A DNA stretch of 63,466 nucleotides, the filler included, from Craspedostauros australis (lineage: Eukaryota), in NCBI GenBank assembly GCA_030167865.1. It is 5 parts of 5 records of this genome, joined end to end, with 100 filler letters (N's around TTAATTAATTAA, not from the genome) between each part and the next. Parts side by side here need not be neighbours in the genome. Positions count along the whole stretch, not along the records: positions 26,459 to 46,473 come from JALAGF010004628.1; positions 46,574 to 60,969 come from JALAGF010004630.1; 3 more parts are not named here. One strand, given 5' to 3'. Shown in pieces: positions 37,798-50,427 of this stretch. The translations under genes were made by a program, and so were the position numbers. A model generated the notes under the pieces. That model worked only from the letters and a program-made list of their open reading frames with translations, made no database searches and was not told the DNA's origin. The first letter of the stretch is position 1; every line of letters begins with the position of its first letter.

Positions 37798-39287
37798 ATG
37801 CCTCATCAACGCTTCCCAAAGGTGCAGATCCTGCACATGGCGCCGCACGAAATGAAGTTCGTGCTGAGCGAGACGGACACGAGCATGGCCAATACATTGC
37901 GACGGATAATGATCGCCGAAGTGCCGACTCTGGCCATCGACTTGGTGGAGTTTTCGGAGAATTCGACAGTCCTCAACGATGAGTACATCGCGCATCGACT
38001 GGGTTTGATACCCATTCGGTATCAGGCGGCGGACTCGATCAAGTGAGTTGAACTGAACTGGACTGAGTTGGGTTGAGCCGATTTGTGAGGTTTGTGCCAT
38101 TATGACATCGTTCATGGCGGCGGCGGCAAGGCTGCGCAAGACTTGGATGTAGACTGCACCTTCTGCGTACATCTGGGTGTGCATGTGAGCACGACTATAG
38201 ATGCGAATACAAGCACGGACACAAGATGTTTCAACCTCAACATGCGCGATCTTTACACAAATCACTAAACCCCTTCGTGCTTGTTCCTTTTCCTCATTTG
38301 CCTCAACGTCTTGTGGGTACAACACATTCATCCTCCTCGCAACATACCATGCCATACCAATACAAATCAACCCAACCAAACCCGCAATGATTCAACCGAA
38401 TCCGCAACACAACAAATGGAATACGTACTTCATTATACAAACACCACGATGATGTCAACGCAATCGATTTTTTTTTCGTGATGTGGCGGAACCCCTTTTC
38501 CTTTTCCCAATTATCATCCAATCCGATCATTTGCGTCGCTGCTCATCATCGAAGGGGAGGAGATTGCCACGGCGCCTTCCTGCCTCACATGGAATGCGTT
38601 TGTTACGATCGCTGCCCGCGATGTTCGGTGGAATTCGAACTTGATGTGAGCTTTGACGAAGTCAACCCCATGAGATCGGAAGACGATGTTCTGGCACCGT
38701 ACACTGTCACGTCGAAGGATCTGATATCGACCAACGAGACCGTCGCGCCTGCGCACTTCCTCAGCCAGGACGAGCAGGAGGAGTCGCAGGACTCTGGGAT
38801 TGCCATCGTCAAGATGGGGCCAGGCCAACGACTCAAGCTGAAGGCTATCGCCAGGATGGGAATCGCAAAGGAGCATGCGAAATGGTGCCCGGTGGCGGTC
38901 GCTACATACAGGTTCTGGCCAGTCATCGAGGTGAACGAGGAGCAGATGGCCACGTTGACCATGGAGCAGAAGCAGGAACTGGTGGATTGCTGTGCGGACC
39001 GCATACTTGCCATCGATGATGTCACTGGGTCGATCGTCGAGGCGGAGGATGCATGGGATAATGTGACGTACACGGAAGAGCTGAGCTTCACGCAGGAGAT
39101 GATGAAGAAGCGGTTGGAGGATGATGACTTCGTCACCGTGCGGGCATCCACAGACCGCTTTATCTTTGTCGTCGAATCGTCCGGGGGCATGGACGCCGAC
39201 GAGATCGTCTTCTCGGCCCTGCGCGTGCTCAAGGATCGCCTCCTCTATCTTGCGAACGAAGTGGAGAATCTGAAGGATGCTGCGTAA
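37798..39287 (+). CDS. RPB3: RNA polymerase II subunit RPB3; exons 37798-38042 and 38555-39287
   Basis: SMANTLRRIMIAEVPTLAIDLV, NSTVLNDEYIAHRLGLIP, CVCYDRCPRCSVEF Zn motif, GIAKEHAKWCP. Intron 38043-38554 (GT...AG) keeps the frame. Confidence 0.95.
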
Positions 39288-39780
39288 CGAACGGGCAGCG
39301 CACAGTCGAAACAAACGAATTTGAAACTGAAATACTGAAAATGGTGGCTGTCTTTTGATGTGTTTCCATTTGCATCGTCGATGTTAGCCGTACTGGCTGT
39401 AGAATTACTCGTACGAGAACAGCATGTACTCTCTGGAGAGGCCGCTTGCGATCTAAGTTTCACGCATCCGCCGAGACGCCTCCTGTTCGGTGACGATCGT
39501 GGGATGAATTGTGACAATGCTTTGCGCGATTGCGCTCTGCCGAAGGAAGAGAATGCAGGCAAGAGGTTAGCGGTAAATCCATCTACTAGTAATGCGAGTA
39601 CTGTGACGCCAAGTCCGTACGTATTCTGCTGCATGACGTCGCTCCACTCCCTCGTTCTCCACGAGTAGAGAGAGGAAGGTCGCTTTTGGCATACTCTATC
39701 GTATATTCAGTACCAAAGAAGAGTGCGGAGTACAATCCTCTATTAATACTAACATTGCCCACGCTTGGCCCGGCGTCCCA

Positions 39781-42114
39781 TCATGACCGCGCTTCTCCGT
39801 TGCAGACATCGGTACACCACGGCGGAGGCTGCGTTCGAAAGGACCGCTCGCCACCCTTCAGATTGCTGAACGTGTACTGCAAGGCATGCAGCCATATCCC
39901 AGGGCTGCGGATCAGAAATTCCAATAGTGTTCGGTCTTCGCCGCCGACCTTGCACCTTGCACACCAGATGCATGTGCGTTTGATGAAGTCGTTATCGCTC
40001 TCATCCGCGCGTTGCACGGCGGTCGAGATGAGGGTCTCGATCTCCGCCTCTGTTGCTGGCACGTCAATGACTGCGTGCGCGGGATCTGTGCGTGTGGAGT
40101 TGGCTTGACTGACGTCCGATGCGCTGTCGTTCTTGCCATTATCATTTCTATTGGCGTCGGCGTTACCGTTGTTGGCGGTGACGCCGGTGGTGTCGCTGAC
40201 CAACGCCGCATCGTCCGCAACAGCAATTCCATCCTTCCCGCCGGCCATTTCGCCTGAACGAGACAGGCGACCGTCCAGGATTGCCTGTGCCTTGTCGGCG
40301 ATGACTCTGCGCCCAGGAGAGGCGTACCACATGTCACCGCCGTAATTGGGATCGTTTGCGATGGGATGCCCCAGGTACTGCAAGTGCAGACGCAGCTGAT
40401 GGGTTCTGCCCGTGGTTGGTCGGCATATCACGACGGTAGAATCCGTCGCCTCGTCATAGCGCACAACTCCGAACGAGGTTTGGGCAGGCTTGACTGATCG
40501 TGAGTAGACCTCTTCGTCGACGACGTCATCGAACGCCCCTGCCTTGCAAACGCCATCCTTGGGGTTGACGATGCGAGTTGGGATGGCGACGTGGATCATC
40601 CGCATTTCCTTGGTCTGCCGTGCACTTGAGTCTCGCAGCGCGTCCAACCATTCATCGACGGACCATGCTGATTTCGAGATATCGGCGAAGCTGGCATCCT
40701 TCTGTACTCTGCCGGCTCCGTCGGTGCACCAGTAACCGTGGGCCACGTCGCTCCTTTGGATAGTCTCCTTCCAGCGAGCTCGCTTGGTGCCTGCTTTCTC
40801 TGCCTTGTCAGTCTTTTGCTGTGATTTCGGTTGGTTGCGGCCGCCGTTGTTGCCATTTGCTCTCGCATCGTGATCTGGAGCGAGAGGAGCGGCAGGAGGG
40901 GCACCATTAGTCGGGCCGTTGCCATCGTCGCCGTTGCTGTTGTCATTGCCGCTGTCTCTATTGGCGGCGCGACGAACAAAGCAACCGTTCACGGGCAGTA
41001 GCTGAGTGTCGCTGTCGATATCGACATCGGTGTCACCACCATGGCTATGCCCGGTTCCAAGGATGTCTCGATCGCCGGCGCCACCACGAGCATCAGAATC
41101 GCCATCAGCATCATCGGTCGTCAGTCTGGGAAAGGAGGAACGGCAGTTGTTGGGAAACCTCCCGGTGACCCGGGCGAGGTAGATCTTGCTGCACTGCCTG
41201 TCCATGATGGCCTTGCCCCATTCCGTGGCAACGGCAGAGTTCTTCCCCATGATGACCAAACCGCTCGTCAAGCGATCCAGTCGATGTATCGTGTACAGCT
41301 TCCCAAACGTCGGCTCGAGGATATGCATGAGGGACTGAACGTGGTAACCGCCGCATGGGTGGATCGGTAACGTGCCTGGTTTGTCCGCAACGACCACCTC
41401 ATCGGTCTCGGCCGCGATGTTGATGTACGGGGCCGTGTTTGCATGTACCGCAACACCCGGCTCGTGGCGGTGGATGGTGTGGGAGAAGCTGTCCTGACCT
41501 CTGATGACGTAGTCAGGATCCACCTTGTTGTCATTGACCAGGATTCTGCCCTGCTTGATGGCGGTGCAGTAGTAGCTGCGAGGGTAGCTGCCAAATTCTG
41601 TGCTGTACACGTCGAGGATCGTGCGACCGATCCACCTTGCCTTCGCGAAGGTCGCGAACGTGTAGGGGTACGGTTCCACGGCGCGGATCCACTTGGTGGG
41701 AGCCTCGACGGGCGCATCTTCAAACTGGATCTCCATCAAGTGCTTCCGGCTGTGAAGGTGGGCGGTATCATTGCCGTGCTTGTTGGACTTGGGCTTCTTT
41801 CGATTTCGTTTCGATCGTGGCTTCATCCCTCGTTTCTTCTTCGGCGCCCTCGCCGTCCGTTGATCGCGCTGGTCCTCGCACGAAGATGGGTTGCCGATGC
41901 GTTGGCTCTGCCCATCCGCAGAGACAGGGTCGTTCGGTGCTGGTGTCACTGCTGAAGACGTCGCGTCTGTCGGGTGTCCGCCATCATGGTTGACGCTGAC
42001 TTCGTGTCCAGGTCCGTGAGCACGTTCCCGCACATTGTCGCTTCCATCAGGAGCGCCGGTTCCAGTGGGGTCCACAAGGATGTCGGCAGCCGTTTGTTGT
42101 CGAAGCTCCGCCAT
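39781..42114 (-). CDS. RluA-family pseudouridine synthase with S4-like domain (RPUSD2/Pus9-like)
   Basis: FATFAKARWIGR, DKPGTLPIHPCG, IHRLDRLTSG (catalytic Asp), PTTGRTHQLRLHLQYLGHPIANDPNY, IWLHALQY. Confidence 0.92.
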   Translation of the reverse strand: MAELRQQTAADILVDPTGTGAPDGSDNVRERAHGPGHEVSVNHDGGHPTDATSSAVTPAPNDPVSADGQSQRIGNPSSCEDQRDQRTARAPKKKRGMKPRSKRNRKKPKSNKHGNDTAHLHSRKHLMEIQFEDAPVEAPTKWIRAVEPYPYTFATFAKARWIGRTILDVYSTEFGSYPRSYYCTAIKQGRILVNDNKVDPDYVIRGQDSFSHTIHRHEPGVAVHANTAPYINIAAETDEVVVADKPGTLPIHPCGGYHVQSLMHILEPTFGKLYTIHRLDRLTSGLVIMGKNSAVATEWGKAIMDRQCSKIYLARVTGRFPNNCRSSFPRLTTDDADGDSDARGGAGDRDILGTGHSHGGDTDVDIDSDTQLLPVNGCFVRRAANRDSGNDNSNGDDGNGPTNGAPPAAPLAPDHDARANGNNGGRNQPKSQQKTDKAEKAGTKRARWKETIQRSDVAHGYWCTDGAGRVQKDASFADISKSAWSVDEWLDALRDSSARQTKEMRMIHVAIPTRIVNPKDGVCKAGAFDDVVDEEVYSRSVKPAQTSFGVVRYDEATDSTVVICRPTTGRTHQLRLHLQYLGHPIANDPNYGGDMWYASPGRRVIADKAQAILDGRLSRSGEMAGGKDGIAVADDAALVSDTTGVTANNGNADANRNDNGKNDSASDVSQANSTRTDPAHAVIDVPATEAEIETLISTAVQRADESDNDFIKRTCIWCARCKVGGEDRTLLEFLIRSPGIWLHALQYTFSNLKGGERSFRTQPPPWCTDVCNGEARS

Positions 42115-42315
42115 CTTCTTGGTGATCTCTCTGCGGGCAATGGTTTGACTTTGATGGGGATGTCGAGAGGTCGACCAGGGGATCCTGTCTCTCCATCAGC
42201 AGAATGTCCGACTGTGTGCCACGAGGTTCCGGTTTGGGGTATCGGCGGTTTTGATCCCGCGAATCGGATCTATTGTTCTCCTCCAACGGACCGGATGTTT
42301 TCGCCGCCTCTCATC

Positions 42316-42360
42316 TTGGAGCGATCTTATTTTGGAGCGATCTTATTTTGGAGCGATCTT
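42316..42360. repeat. 16-bp tandem repeat TTGGAGCGATCTTATT x ~3
   Basis: Two full copies and one partial copy, ~200 bp upstream of the pseudouridine synthase start. Confidence 0.9.
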
Positions 42361-45300
42361 TTTGTAACGCTGCCTACAAACGCGAATCGGAGTAGGTATG
42401 AAGGAGTGGTTGCGATATTTGGCGCCGCGGTGACGAAGGCGCTTGCGAGCCGCGACCGACGAGCTATGACTACGAGCTAGGAGTAGTCGTATGGTCCGTA
42501 CACGCATGAGCTACATATGTATGTAGCTTCGGTGGACACAAAGGCATACGAGTAGAATAGAGTGCCAGTTTACGTGATGGAGTACCAAACATCTCTCCAG
42601 AGACAGGTTTGGTTGAGTAGCATGTCGGTGCTGATGCAGTTGGTGTTTTGCTGCTCTTAAGTCCTTTTCTGTCTTCGTTTGGCGTAATGTTCCTGCAGGG
42701 AGCAGTTGTTTGGATACAGTGGCGCTCATGACTACGTACGTGCTGCTACTCCTCCAGCGACGCACTCCTGGTGAAGTGGTGTTGGTATTGTCGATAGCGT
42801 GGCCGCGAGATGCTTACGGATACGCAAGCTGACCAATAATCTCTGCTCTCGGGGACGCACGCAGCTACACCTATGGTCGCGATTGTGGCGGAAGGATGTC
42901 GATGTCGATCTTACGTCGCTGACATCGCCTCGTGTTGTTCCACAAAGTCGAAAACATCTTTACCCATAGCTCGGGATAGATCAGGCGATCCTTTCACATT
43001 GTGATCTGTACGGACACGATCGATGATTGCAGAGATGCCTGTAATGATGACTGTAATGATGGCAACGGAGCTTCAGAATGCAGTCGATTCTGGAGATATC
43101 TGTTTTTTAATCAGTCCGCTGCAGACCCTCCACATTCTTGGGAGCATTCGCATTCGTGCTCTCTCTCTCTCTCCGGTGGACCAACCTATTCTCGCCGGAC
43201 CTTCGGAGAATAAAAGGCGTTTCCCGACCAGACGAGTTGTACTGTTCGATGGATGATGGGACTGAGGTCTTCCGCTCCTGAGATGTCGCGCTACATCGGT
43301 TGGCACGAAAAGCTGGTTGATGAATCTGTTGGCGCTGCGAGCTCCAGCATGATACACGGACTCGTGCGATGGGATGCTCCTCAGATGACTTTGCAAGCAT
43401 GGCACATCGTGTCGTACGACCTACGTGTATTCGGAGGGATAGTCACATTCGTATGAGTCACTCCAAAGTAGATGCTGGAGAGTGGATGGAGAGGCGATGT
43501 CCGAGCTCCACGTACAGAGCAACCTCAATCAAGACCTGAAGCAAAGCTTCAAGCACTGCGTCAACACCACGCGCAGAATCGTTCGGTGCCGACGCACATG
43601 TCGATGGCGACGTTGGTAGAAGAACCAGCGTGGGGAAAATGCCTTCAAGAAAAGGCTATCCAAAGCAGCAAAGGGCTTTGAGGGGCACAAACCGTTGGTC
43701 GTTGTCTTGCCTTCTGATGACTGGATGAATCCTGTGGCGTCTTGGTTCAACAACTTCGAACCTGCATCAGCCGCCCTCTTGGTTCCATGTTGCATAGAAG
43801 TCTCTACCTCTGGAGAGGGAGGGAAGGTGAGAGCTATTCTGTACTCCTTGCTGGAGAGCAATATGTAGCTCGGAGGGTACGGTATCATAGACTTCAACTA
43901 CTCGTCGTTCGTGGAGCACAGTGCAATAGTTGCGAGTATGTAATGTAATATTATAGGTCGGAGCAGGGCATTACACATGCAACAATAGTATGGCAAAGGA
44001 GGAGGAGGAGGAGGATGAACACTTTCGGTCTTGGGCATCAATGCTGTTGTGGTTGATGCTAGCCCTTTTTCAACCTTTGATTGTGAAAACAGGATCATAT
44101 CAACGTCGGGTTGGGTGAGATGAGGCGAGGCGAGGCGAAGCTGCTCTTCCCCTTGCTGATTCGTGTTGGGCTGCTCTCCCGTTGTCCAAATTGGGTCATG
44201 CGTGCAGATTTTGGTCAACCCTGCTGGTTAGCTCCTCTGCGACGAATGATGCAAGACGAAGAATCTGGGTTGACCTGCCGCAGTGTGCGTTGTCCATGAG
44301 ATCACGGGGACGAATAAGCTTGTCTGCAGCAAAATGTGAGAGCAAAAAGATGACTGGAGAACAACTATTTCTTCGCCCACCAACACTTGTCGTCCCCAAA
44401 CGTTCCTCTCTCTCTCTCCAGATACATCCGAGTTATTTGCTATGTATCCCTACCGAATCCAGTTGTGACGTCTCCTGCCTACGGTTGCAGAGCGCATGCT
44501 CTGCTCTCCACGGCCACCGCACGAGAGTATTCATATTTGCATAGCACCATAGAGAGGACCATGAGCCATGCCTGCCAGTAAAACGCTGGGACTCTGTCAG
44601 ACAAGCACTCTGTCGCTGTCTCTTGGGAGAGAGGAGCGTCTGCTCTGTGTGCTACAATAGTGCACAGTGCAAAGACTTGAACAATTGTATGCTGCGTGCA
44701 GCAAAGACCGTGCACATACCGTTTTCTCTGCATGCCTTTACTCTGTTTGCGCTTGTTCTCCAACGTCCTCTCGAGGATAGCAACAGTTGCAATACATGAC
44801 TTGCACATACGCCACGAGCTATGATACAGGTACTTCCGCATGTGCGAGTAGAACAAGTCCCAAAAGAGATGTAGAGCGCAGACGACCTGTGGAGGGAAGA
44901 GATTGCGGTTCGGGTACGTGCACATACATCACTTCTCGCAAGGAAGAGCTGAGATGCTTATCGCATGTCGTTGGGAGCTTCTTCATCCATTCTGTGGCCA
45001 TTTCTCCTGTCCCGAGATGCGAGGAAACGGTATTGTACTCCAAGCAGGGAGCCGAGGGGAGCCATAACTGGGGAAGTACACGCATTGGTCATGTTCAGTG
45101 GTCCCAATGTGCATTTTCATTTGGGTGTGTCGCTCATCGTGAAGAGTGCTTGTACGAGCTAGCTTATGGGTTGTTGGCTGTTGCCTTGCGGCGGTGGAAG
45201 GATCACGTGGATTGGAAACCGTTTGAGTCGAATCGGCAGGGGAGAGCGTGTGAGCGAGATGGGAGAGAACCAGGAGGTCGGGAGAGTACTGGGCCGAACT

Positions 45301-46411
45301 CAGCCCGCAACCGATCATTGGCAACCACGGCTTGTATGCAGGAAAGAGCTGCAACAAAAGGGAACGTACCAAGGTAGAGTGCAGAGAACGCAGGGCACGA
45401 GGACCCAATTGTCGCTCCATCATTGTGAAGAGTACGTGGCGGAGGCGACATCTCCCAGACAATGATGAGGAACGCAACCTTGACGCAGACTTCAAGTATG
45501 TAGATCGTAGGACCTATGGTACCATACATTGTAGCTGTTGGTCGTAAGATGGTATGGAACATATTACATCATAGATTATAATGTAATACAATAGAAAGAA
45601 AGGTGAAGTTCATCCGGATGTTCTGCATTATTCTGTATTCCACGGACGATCCCATCCATGGCAGAATCGAGTCAAGTCGATCCAAACCAGAGAGAGAGAG
45701 AGAGAGAGAGAGTAGTATCAATGCTCCGTTCTGGCGCCCAGACTAATAGAGTACTCGTGGAGCAGAGAGCATTCGCTCCACTCCGATGTTGGGCAAACAC
45801 TCCCTGCCAGCACTTCATGGCCTTCCTTGCAGAATGTTCCGGAATGAATCGAACGGGAGGTGTGGACGCAAGCGATGAAGCGTCGCTACCGCGCGCGGCA
45901 TGTTGTGGAAGTGGAAGCAATAGGAGCAAAGTGCTGGGGAACACGGTAATTTGTCCATACACGACTCATATGACTCGTGATTGAGATTCACCGAGTCGTG
46001 TTTTGTTTTCGTAGTTCCCGCTTTCCGTTGAGGTTGCGCGCCGGACGCGCCTGGTTCCCCCCTTTTGACAATTTGCGACTTCGTATGGTTGGTGGGAGGT
46101 TTGTTCGTATATAGTAGTATAGTACAAAATGTAACCGTTTCTTTGTCGTACATGACAAAAAAATATATACAATACAACATAGAATAGTATTTATTTAGAT
46201 ACTGTGACAAATTCTCACTTATAGTACCGATCCAAACAGATGTATCGTTCGCGTTTGGGTGCGTCATGATGTTGCGTCCTATGTACGTCTTGTGTAACAC
46301 GTTTCGATTATGTCAATTACGTCTTGTCCACTGACGTGCGATTGTGTGTAGAAATCTACACGATATGAGTACCAAGTCTTACAGTGTTCGGGTTTATGCA
46401 AGGAAGACAGG

Positions 46412-46473
46412 AGGGGTACACAGGGGGGACACAGGGGGGACACAGAGGGTACACAGGGGGGACACAGGGGTAC
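46412..46473. repeat. G-rich ~11-bp tandem repeat (ACACAGGGGGG-like) at the scaffold end
   Basis: About five imperfect copies running into the spacer. Confidence 0.85.
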
Positions 46474-46573
46474 NNNNNNNNNNNNNNNNNNNNNNNNNNN
46501 NNNNNNNNNNNNNNNNNTTAATTAATTAANNNNNNNNNNNNNNNNNNNNNNNNNNNNNNNNNNNNNNNNNNNN
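46474..46573. other. Artificial scaffold spacer
   Basis: 44 N + TTAATTAATTAA (46518-46529) + 44 N. Confidence 0.97.
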
Positions 46574-46589
46574 CAGCCAACCTGCTTCC

Positions 46590-47489
46590 TCACTGGGACT
46601 GGCGATGCATGTCCCGCGTCGGAGCCGATGCGGCGGGGTGTTCGTCAAATTCATTGTGGGTTCTGTGATGATGCCGGCGAGGATGAGGTGGCTTGGATGC
46701 GCGCGGCTTGATTGCAGGAGCTGCCGGACAGAGCTGCGGGATGGGATCCACGACGGATGTCACCGTCAGCCAACCGACGGTGTGCCGCGGTTGCACAACC
46801 GGGAAGAAGGTGCAGTCATTCGTGAACGTGATCAAGGCGACGTTCGTCACACCCTCGCCATGCTGGTTGGTGCCCACCACGTTGATCTGCAGGGCCCGTG
46901 GCAAGTCGGCGACGCTGTCGATCTCTTCCGGTGTGTTCGAGAAGGATTCGTAGGTCAGGATGTCGCCATGCTGCATGTACAGGCTTTCGTGCGTCTCCTG
47001 CGTCAGCACATTGAGGTTGCGATCCAGCTCTGTGAATGTGACGGCGTGGATGGTATCTGGAACCAGGTCGTCTCCGGCGCGATTCTCCTCCCCGAACGGA
47101 CCCACAGCGCAGGCGTGTCCATCCAATCCGAAATTGTCCTCCATGATGGGCAATACTGTTCGTTCATCTCTTGTGGATGCGGTGGATGTTGCCCCTGTCC
47201 TTGGTGATGACAACCGCCTTGTTGTCGATGGTGATGCTGAGGACGACGACGATGTCGATCGGTCTGCGATCGCTTCCATATCATCGCAGGTTGATGTGAA
47301 GTCCAACTTGAATTCGTAAACATGCGGTGTGCACGAGCACAGGTCTTCGCCAATGATGAGGGGCGATCGCAATGAGGATGATTCCATCGTGATGTCTGCC
47401 GACAGTGGCACTGAATCCGCAGAGGCCATCGTGATGCCAGCGGCGGCGGCGGTGGCGACGAGAAGCTTGGAGGAATGGAGGAACTTCAT
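46590..47489 (-). CDS. Secreted Cys-containing protein of unknown function
   Basis: Signal-peptide-like N-terminus; LCSCTPHVYEFKLDFTSTC ... GDILTYES ... LPRALQINVVGTN ... ITFTNDC. The 3' end lies next to the scaffold edge. Confidence 0.75.
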   Translation of the reverse strand: MKFLHSSKLLVATAAAAGITMASADSVPLSADITMESSSLRSPLIIGEDLCSCTPHVYEFKLDFTSTCDDMEAIADRSTSSSSSASPSTTRRLSSPRTGATSTASTRDERTVLPIMEDNFGLDGHACAVGPFGEENRAGDDLVPDTIHAVTFTELDRNLNVLTQETHESLYMQHGDILTYESFSNTPEEIDSVADLPRALQINVVGTNQHGEGVTNVALITFTNDCTFFPVVQPRHTVGWLTVTSVVDPIPQLCPAAPAIKPRASKPPHPRRHHHRTHNEFDEHPAASAPTRDMHRQSQ

Positions 47490-48164
47490 CTTTCACGTTG
47501 CTTTGAGATGATGTATGTCTGTACTCGATGAGAATGAAACGAAAGGAGCTCAGATTGGTTGTGGATGCGATTTGTGTGTGCGGAGGCAGCGATGGAAAAA
47601 CGACATCAAGTGATGCTCAAGTGCAGGTACTCAATGGCTTGTATCGTACTGCCCGTCCAGGATCGACTTTCCGAGTAAGATCATGCGGCTTTGCTTCATG
47701 GCCACTCTCCGTCGCAAGATGTGATCCCGTCAAAACGGGAAGGTGTCGGCAAGAGATTTGGCGGTGGCAACATGGTCACCATGGCCGATTTCGTCGCGAA
47801 GTCCAAGCCGCATCACAAAATTGTGAGCAAAATTGTTTCGGTTCAAATGATCAAGTGAGTCGCAAGCGTCGAGGCTGGCCAATTTCTGTGATGATTTGGT
47901 CATAGTGGTCGTTGGCAGATGCATAGTACTTTCTTAGCGTTAAGTGGCTCAGGTGGGGTCTGTCCTTCTGTCGCCCATGTTACCGCTCACATGATACTTC
48001 GTCTGATTTTGAGTTGATGACCATGGCCAAACAGTCACCGCTTCCCGTTTCCCTGTTGTCCTGCGACCTCCGCAGCCAACGAATTGGGGGTTGCTCTTCG
48101 ACAACTCCATCATCAACGTATCAACACAACACATCAAAAACACACCAAATTCAGGACTTTCAAG

Positions 48165-49159
48165 ATGGTGAGTGGAACGGCGCGATGATGAAACGTGTGG
48201 GACGATGGCAGCGAGGCTTCAGCAGCACGGAGTATAGAGTATGGAGTACGGAATACGGCCCACAATGCACACCATCTCCTTGGCGGTGTGATGCATCTTC
48301 ACGAATGCGATACTGACAACTGCGTCCAACATTTCCACCCCAATCCCTCCCCCCGCTCTCCCTCCGACAGGCACCAAAGGGAAAAGGAAAGAAGAGCAAG
48401 GACTCCAAGCCTAAGGTTGCCAAGGCCGCCGACCCACTCTTCCCATCGCGTGCTCGCACGTACCAGATCGGAGGAGCCATCCGCCCAGCCGGACGCGACC
48501 TCTCCCGATTCGTGCGATGGCCAAAGTACGTGCGCATCCAGCGCCAGCGTGCCGTGCTCTACCAGCGTCTCAAGGTTCCACCTTCAATCAACCAGTTCAC
48601 CAAGACCTTGAGCAAGAATGAGGCCATGACCGTCTTCACCCTCTTCAACAAGTACCGCCCAGAGACTCCAGCCGCCAAGAAGCAGCGTCTCAAGGAGACC
48701 GCTGCCGATGCCGCCGAGGGTAAGGATGAGGACGAGGACGCACCAGACGTCGTCAAGTTCGGTCTCAAGCACGTCACCACCCTGATCGAGGAGAAGAAGG
48801 CCTCCCTGGTCCTCATCGCCTGCGACGTCGACCCAATCGAACTCGTCATGTGGATGCCAGCCCTGTGCCGCAAGATGGACGTTCCGTACATGATCGTTAA
48901 GGACAAGGCCCGCCTCGGTGCCCTCGTCCACCAGAAGGTCTCCGCCTGCGCCTGCCTCACCACCGTGGGGAAGCAGGACTCCTCGCAGCTCAAGCTCCTC
49001 CAGGACCTCGCCATGGAGAAGTACAACAACAACCCAGACAACCTCCGCAAGTGGGGAGGTGGTATCATGGGTCTCAAGACACAGGCCAAGCTTGAGAAGC
49101 GTGCCAAGGCCATGGCTGTCGAGGAGGCCAAGAAGCTTGCATCCCTGGGCAAGGCCTAA
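48165..49159 (+). CDS. RPL7A: 60S ribosomal protein L7a (eL8); coding exon 1 is the ATG only (48165-48167), exon 2 is 48371-49159
   Basis: ATG|GTGAGT...GACAG|GCACCAAAG gives MAPKGKGKK...RDLSRFVRWPKYVRIQRQRAVLYQRLKVPPSINQF; also DVDPIELV and WGGGIMG. Confidence 0.96.
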
Positions 49160-50427
49160 CCGAGAAGAAACGCAACTAAAGAAAACACCCACCCGAAACG
49201 AAGGCAAACGTCCAAGCGCACTGCTGACGGTAACCTGTTGTACACTACACTATATTCCCCAAAAGTTTGGCTGGTGACTCACTCTCGAAGTGACGAGGCT
49301 CACTGTCATATTCGTCTCGTCGGTACATGTGAGATATGAAGAGGTTGGAGATGATTGAGAATGTGTTCGATGCGTAGTTGTTCACGGGATTCCTCTGAAG
49401 TTCAATAACACAGTTACATCCAACAATGAGCAGGATCCTGGCTGGAGCCAGGTGCAGTGAACACTGCAGATGCCGATCATGGCGTTGTGGTTCGATTCCA
49501 CCTTTCTCACGAACCGGCCGAACCGCGCTGTTTGTGCGCTTCGCTTTGCATCATCCAAACATACGAGAAGAATCCTGATTGTGTGGGCTGCGTTCTCAGA
49601 CATTGGGATTATGGTGCGGCGAATTCGCCGCGGGTGGAGGGACGAAGACCTGTTGCCGGTCGTGCGTGGAATCCGTGTCTGGTGTCGCATTTTTGCAAAG
49701 AATGAGCCATCACACCAACACTCTTGACCCTCTGCCACGCCACTACTATATTCCCACGACAACGTCTGCTCTTGTGATCACGAGAATGCGCGCGCAGTCA
49801 CCAATACTACCAGGACAGGCTGCTGCCTTCTGTTCCTTGGCTTCGAACTGGAAGCGTCTCGGGAGAGGCGCCGCCAACCTTTGCACAAACCGGTCCCAGT
49901 TTACTTGTCTTGTTCAATTGTCACGCTCCATTCTTCGTTTCTGCGTCCGCAGACATCATTCGCTCCTGACAAAAGGCGCACAAAGAGCACCACAGTTCAG
50001 CATGTGGCGATTTGCAAGAACGGCAATTTCGGTGGTTACCAAGTTCCGCGTTCCGGCTAGCGATGGCTGCTTCTTGGCCAATCGCCACGGATCGCGCTCC
50101 GCCAGTTGTTGGAGACTTGCTTGTGTTGGCATGTTCAATGATTTATCTTGAGAACGAAGCAGGACCAGACTAATTGTTGTGTCTCATTCGAGTGTTCTTT
50201 ATTTATTGGTATCACATGGGTGCAGATGGCTCATCCTCCCAGGTGTTGCAGATCCAGACATCCTGTCTTCTGGCTGTACAGACAAACAGACGAACATGCA
50301 TTCATGGCCACAAACAACAAAAGGAAATCCAACAGCAACAACCTCATCAAACAAAACGACAAATACAACAACAACAAACACAACCAAGAAATCAGACACA
50401 AAACGTAAATTGAATACTCCCAACATG

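Noticed and set aside
47888..48006. GTGATGA...CTGA as an intergenic C/D snoRNA
   Set aside because: No terminal stem or recognisable rRNA guide; the motifs are short enough to occur by chance.
50107..50425. Additional LTR-like segment TGTTGGAG...CCCAACA
   Set aside because: Termini are suggestive, but there is no TSD and no second copy in the window.
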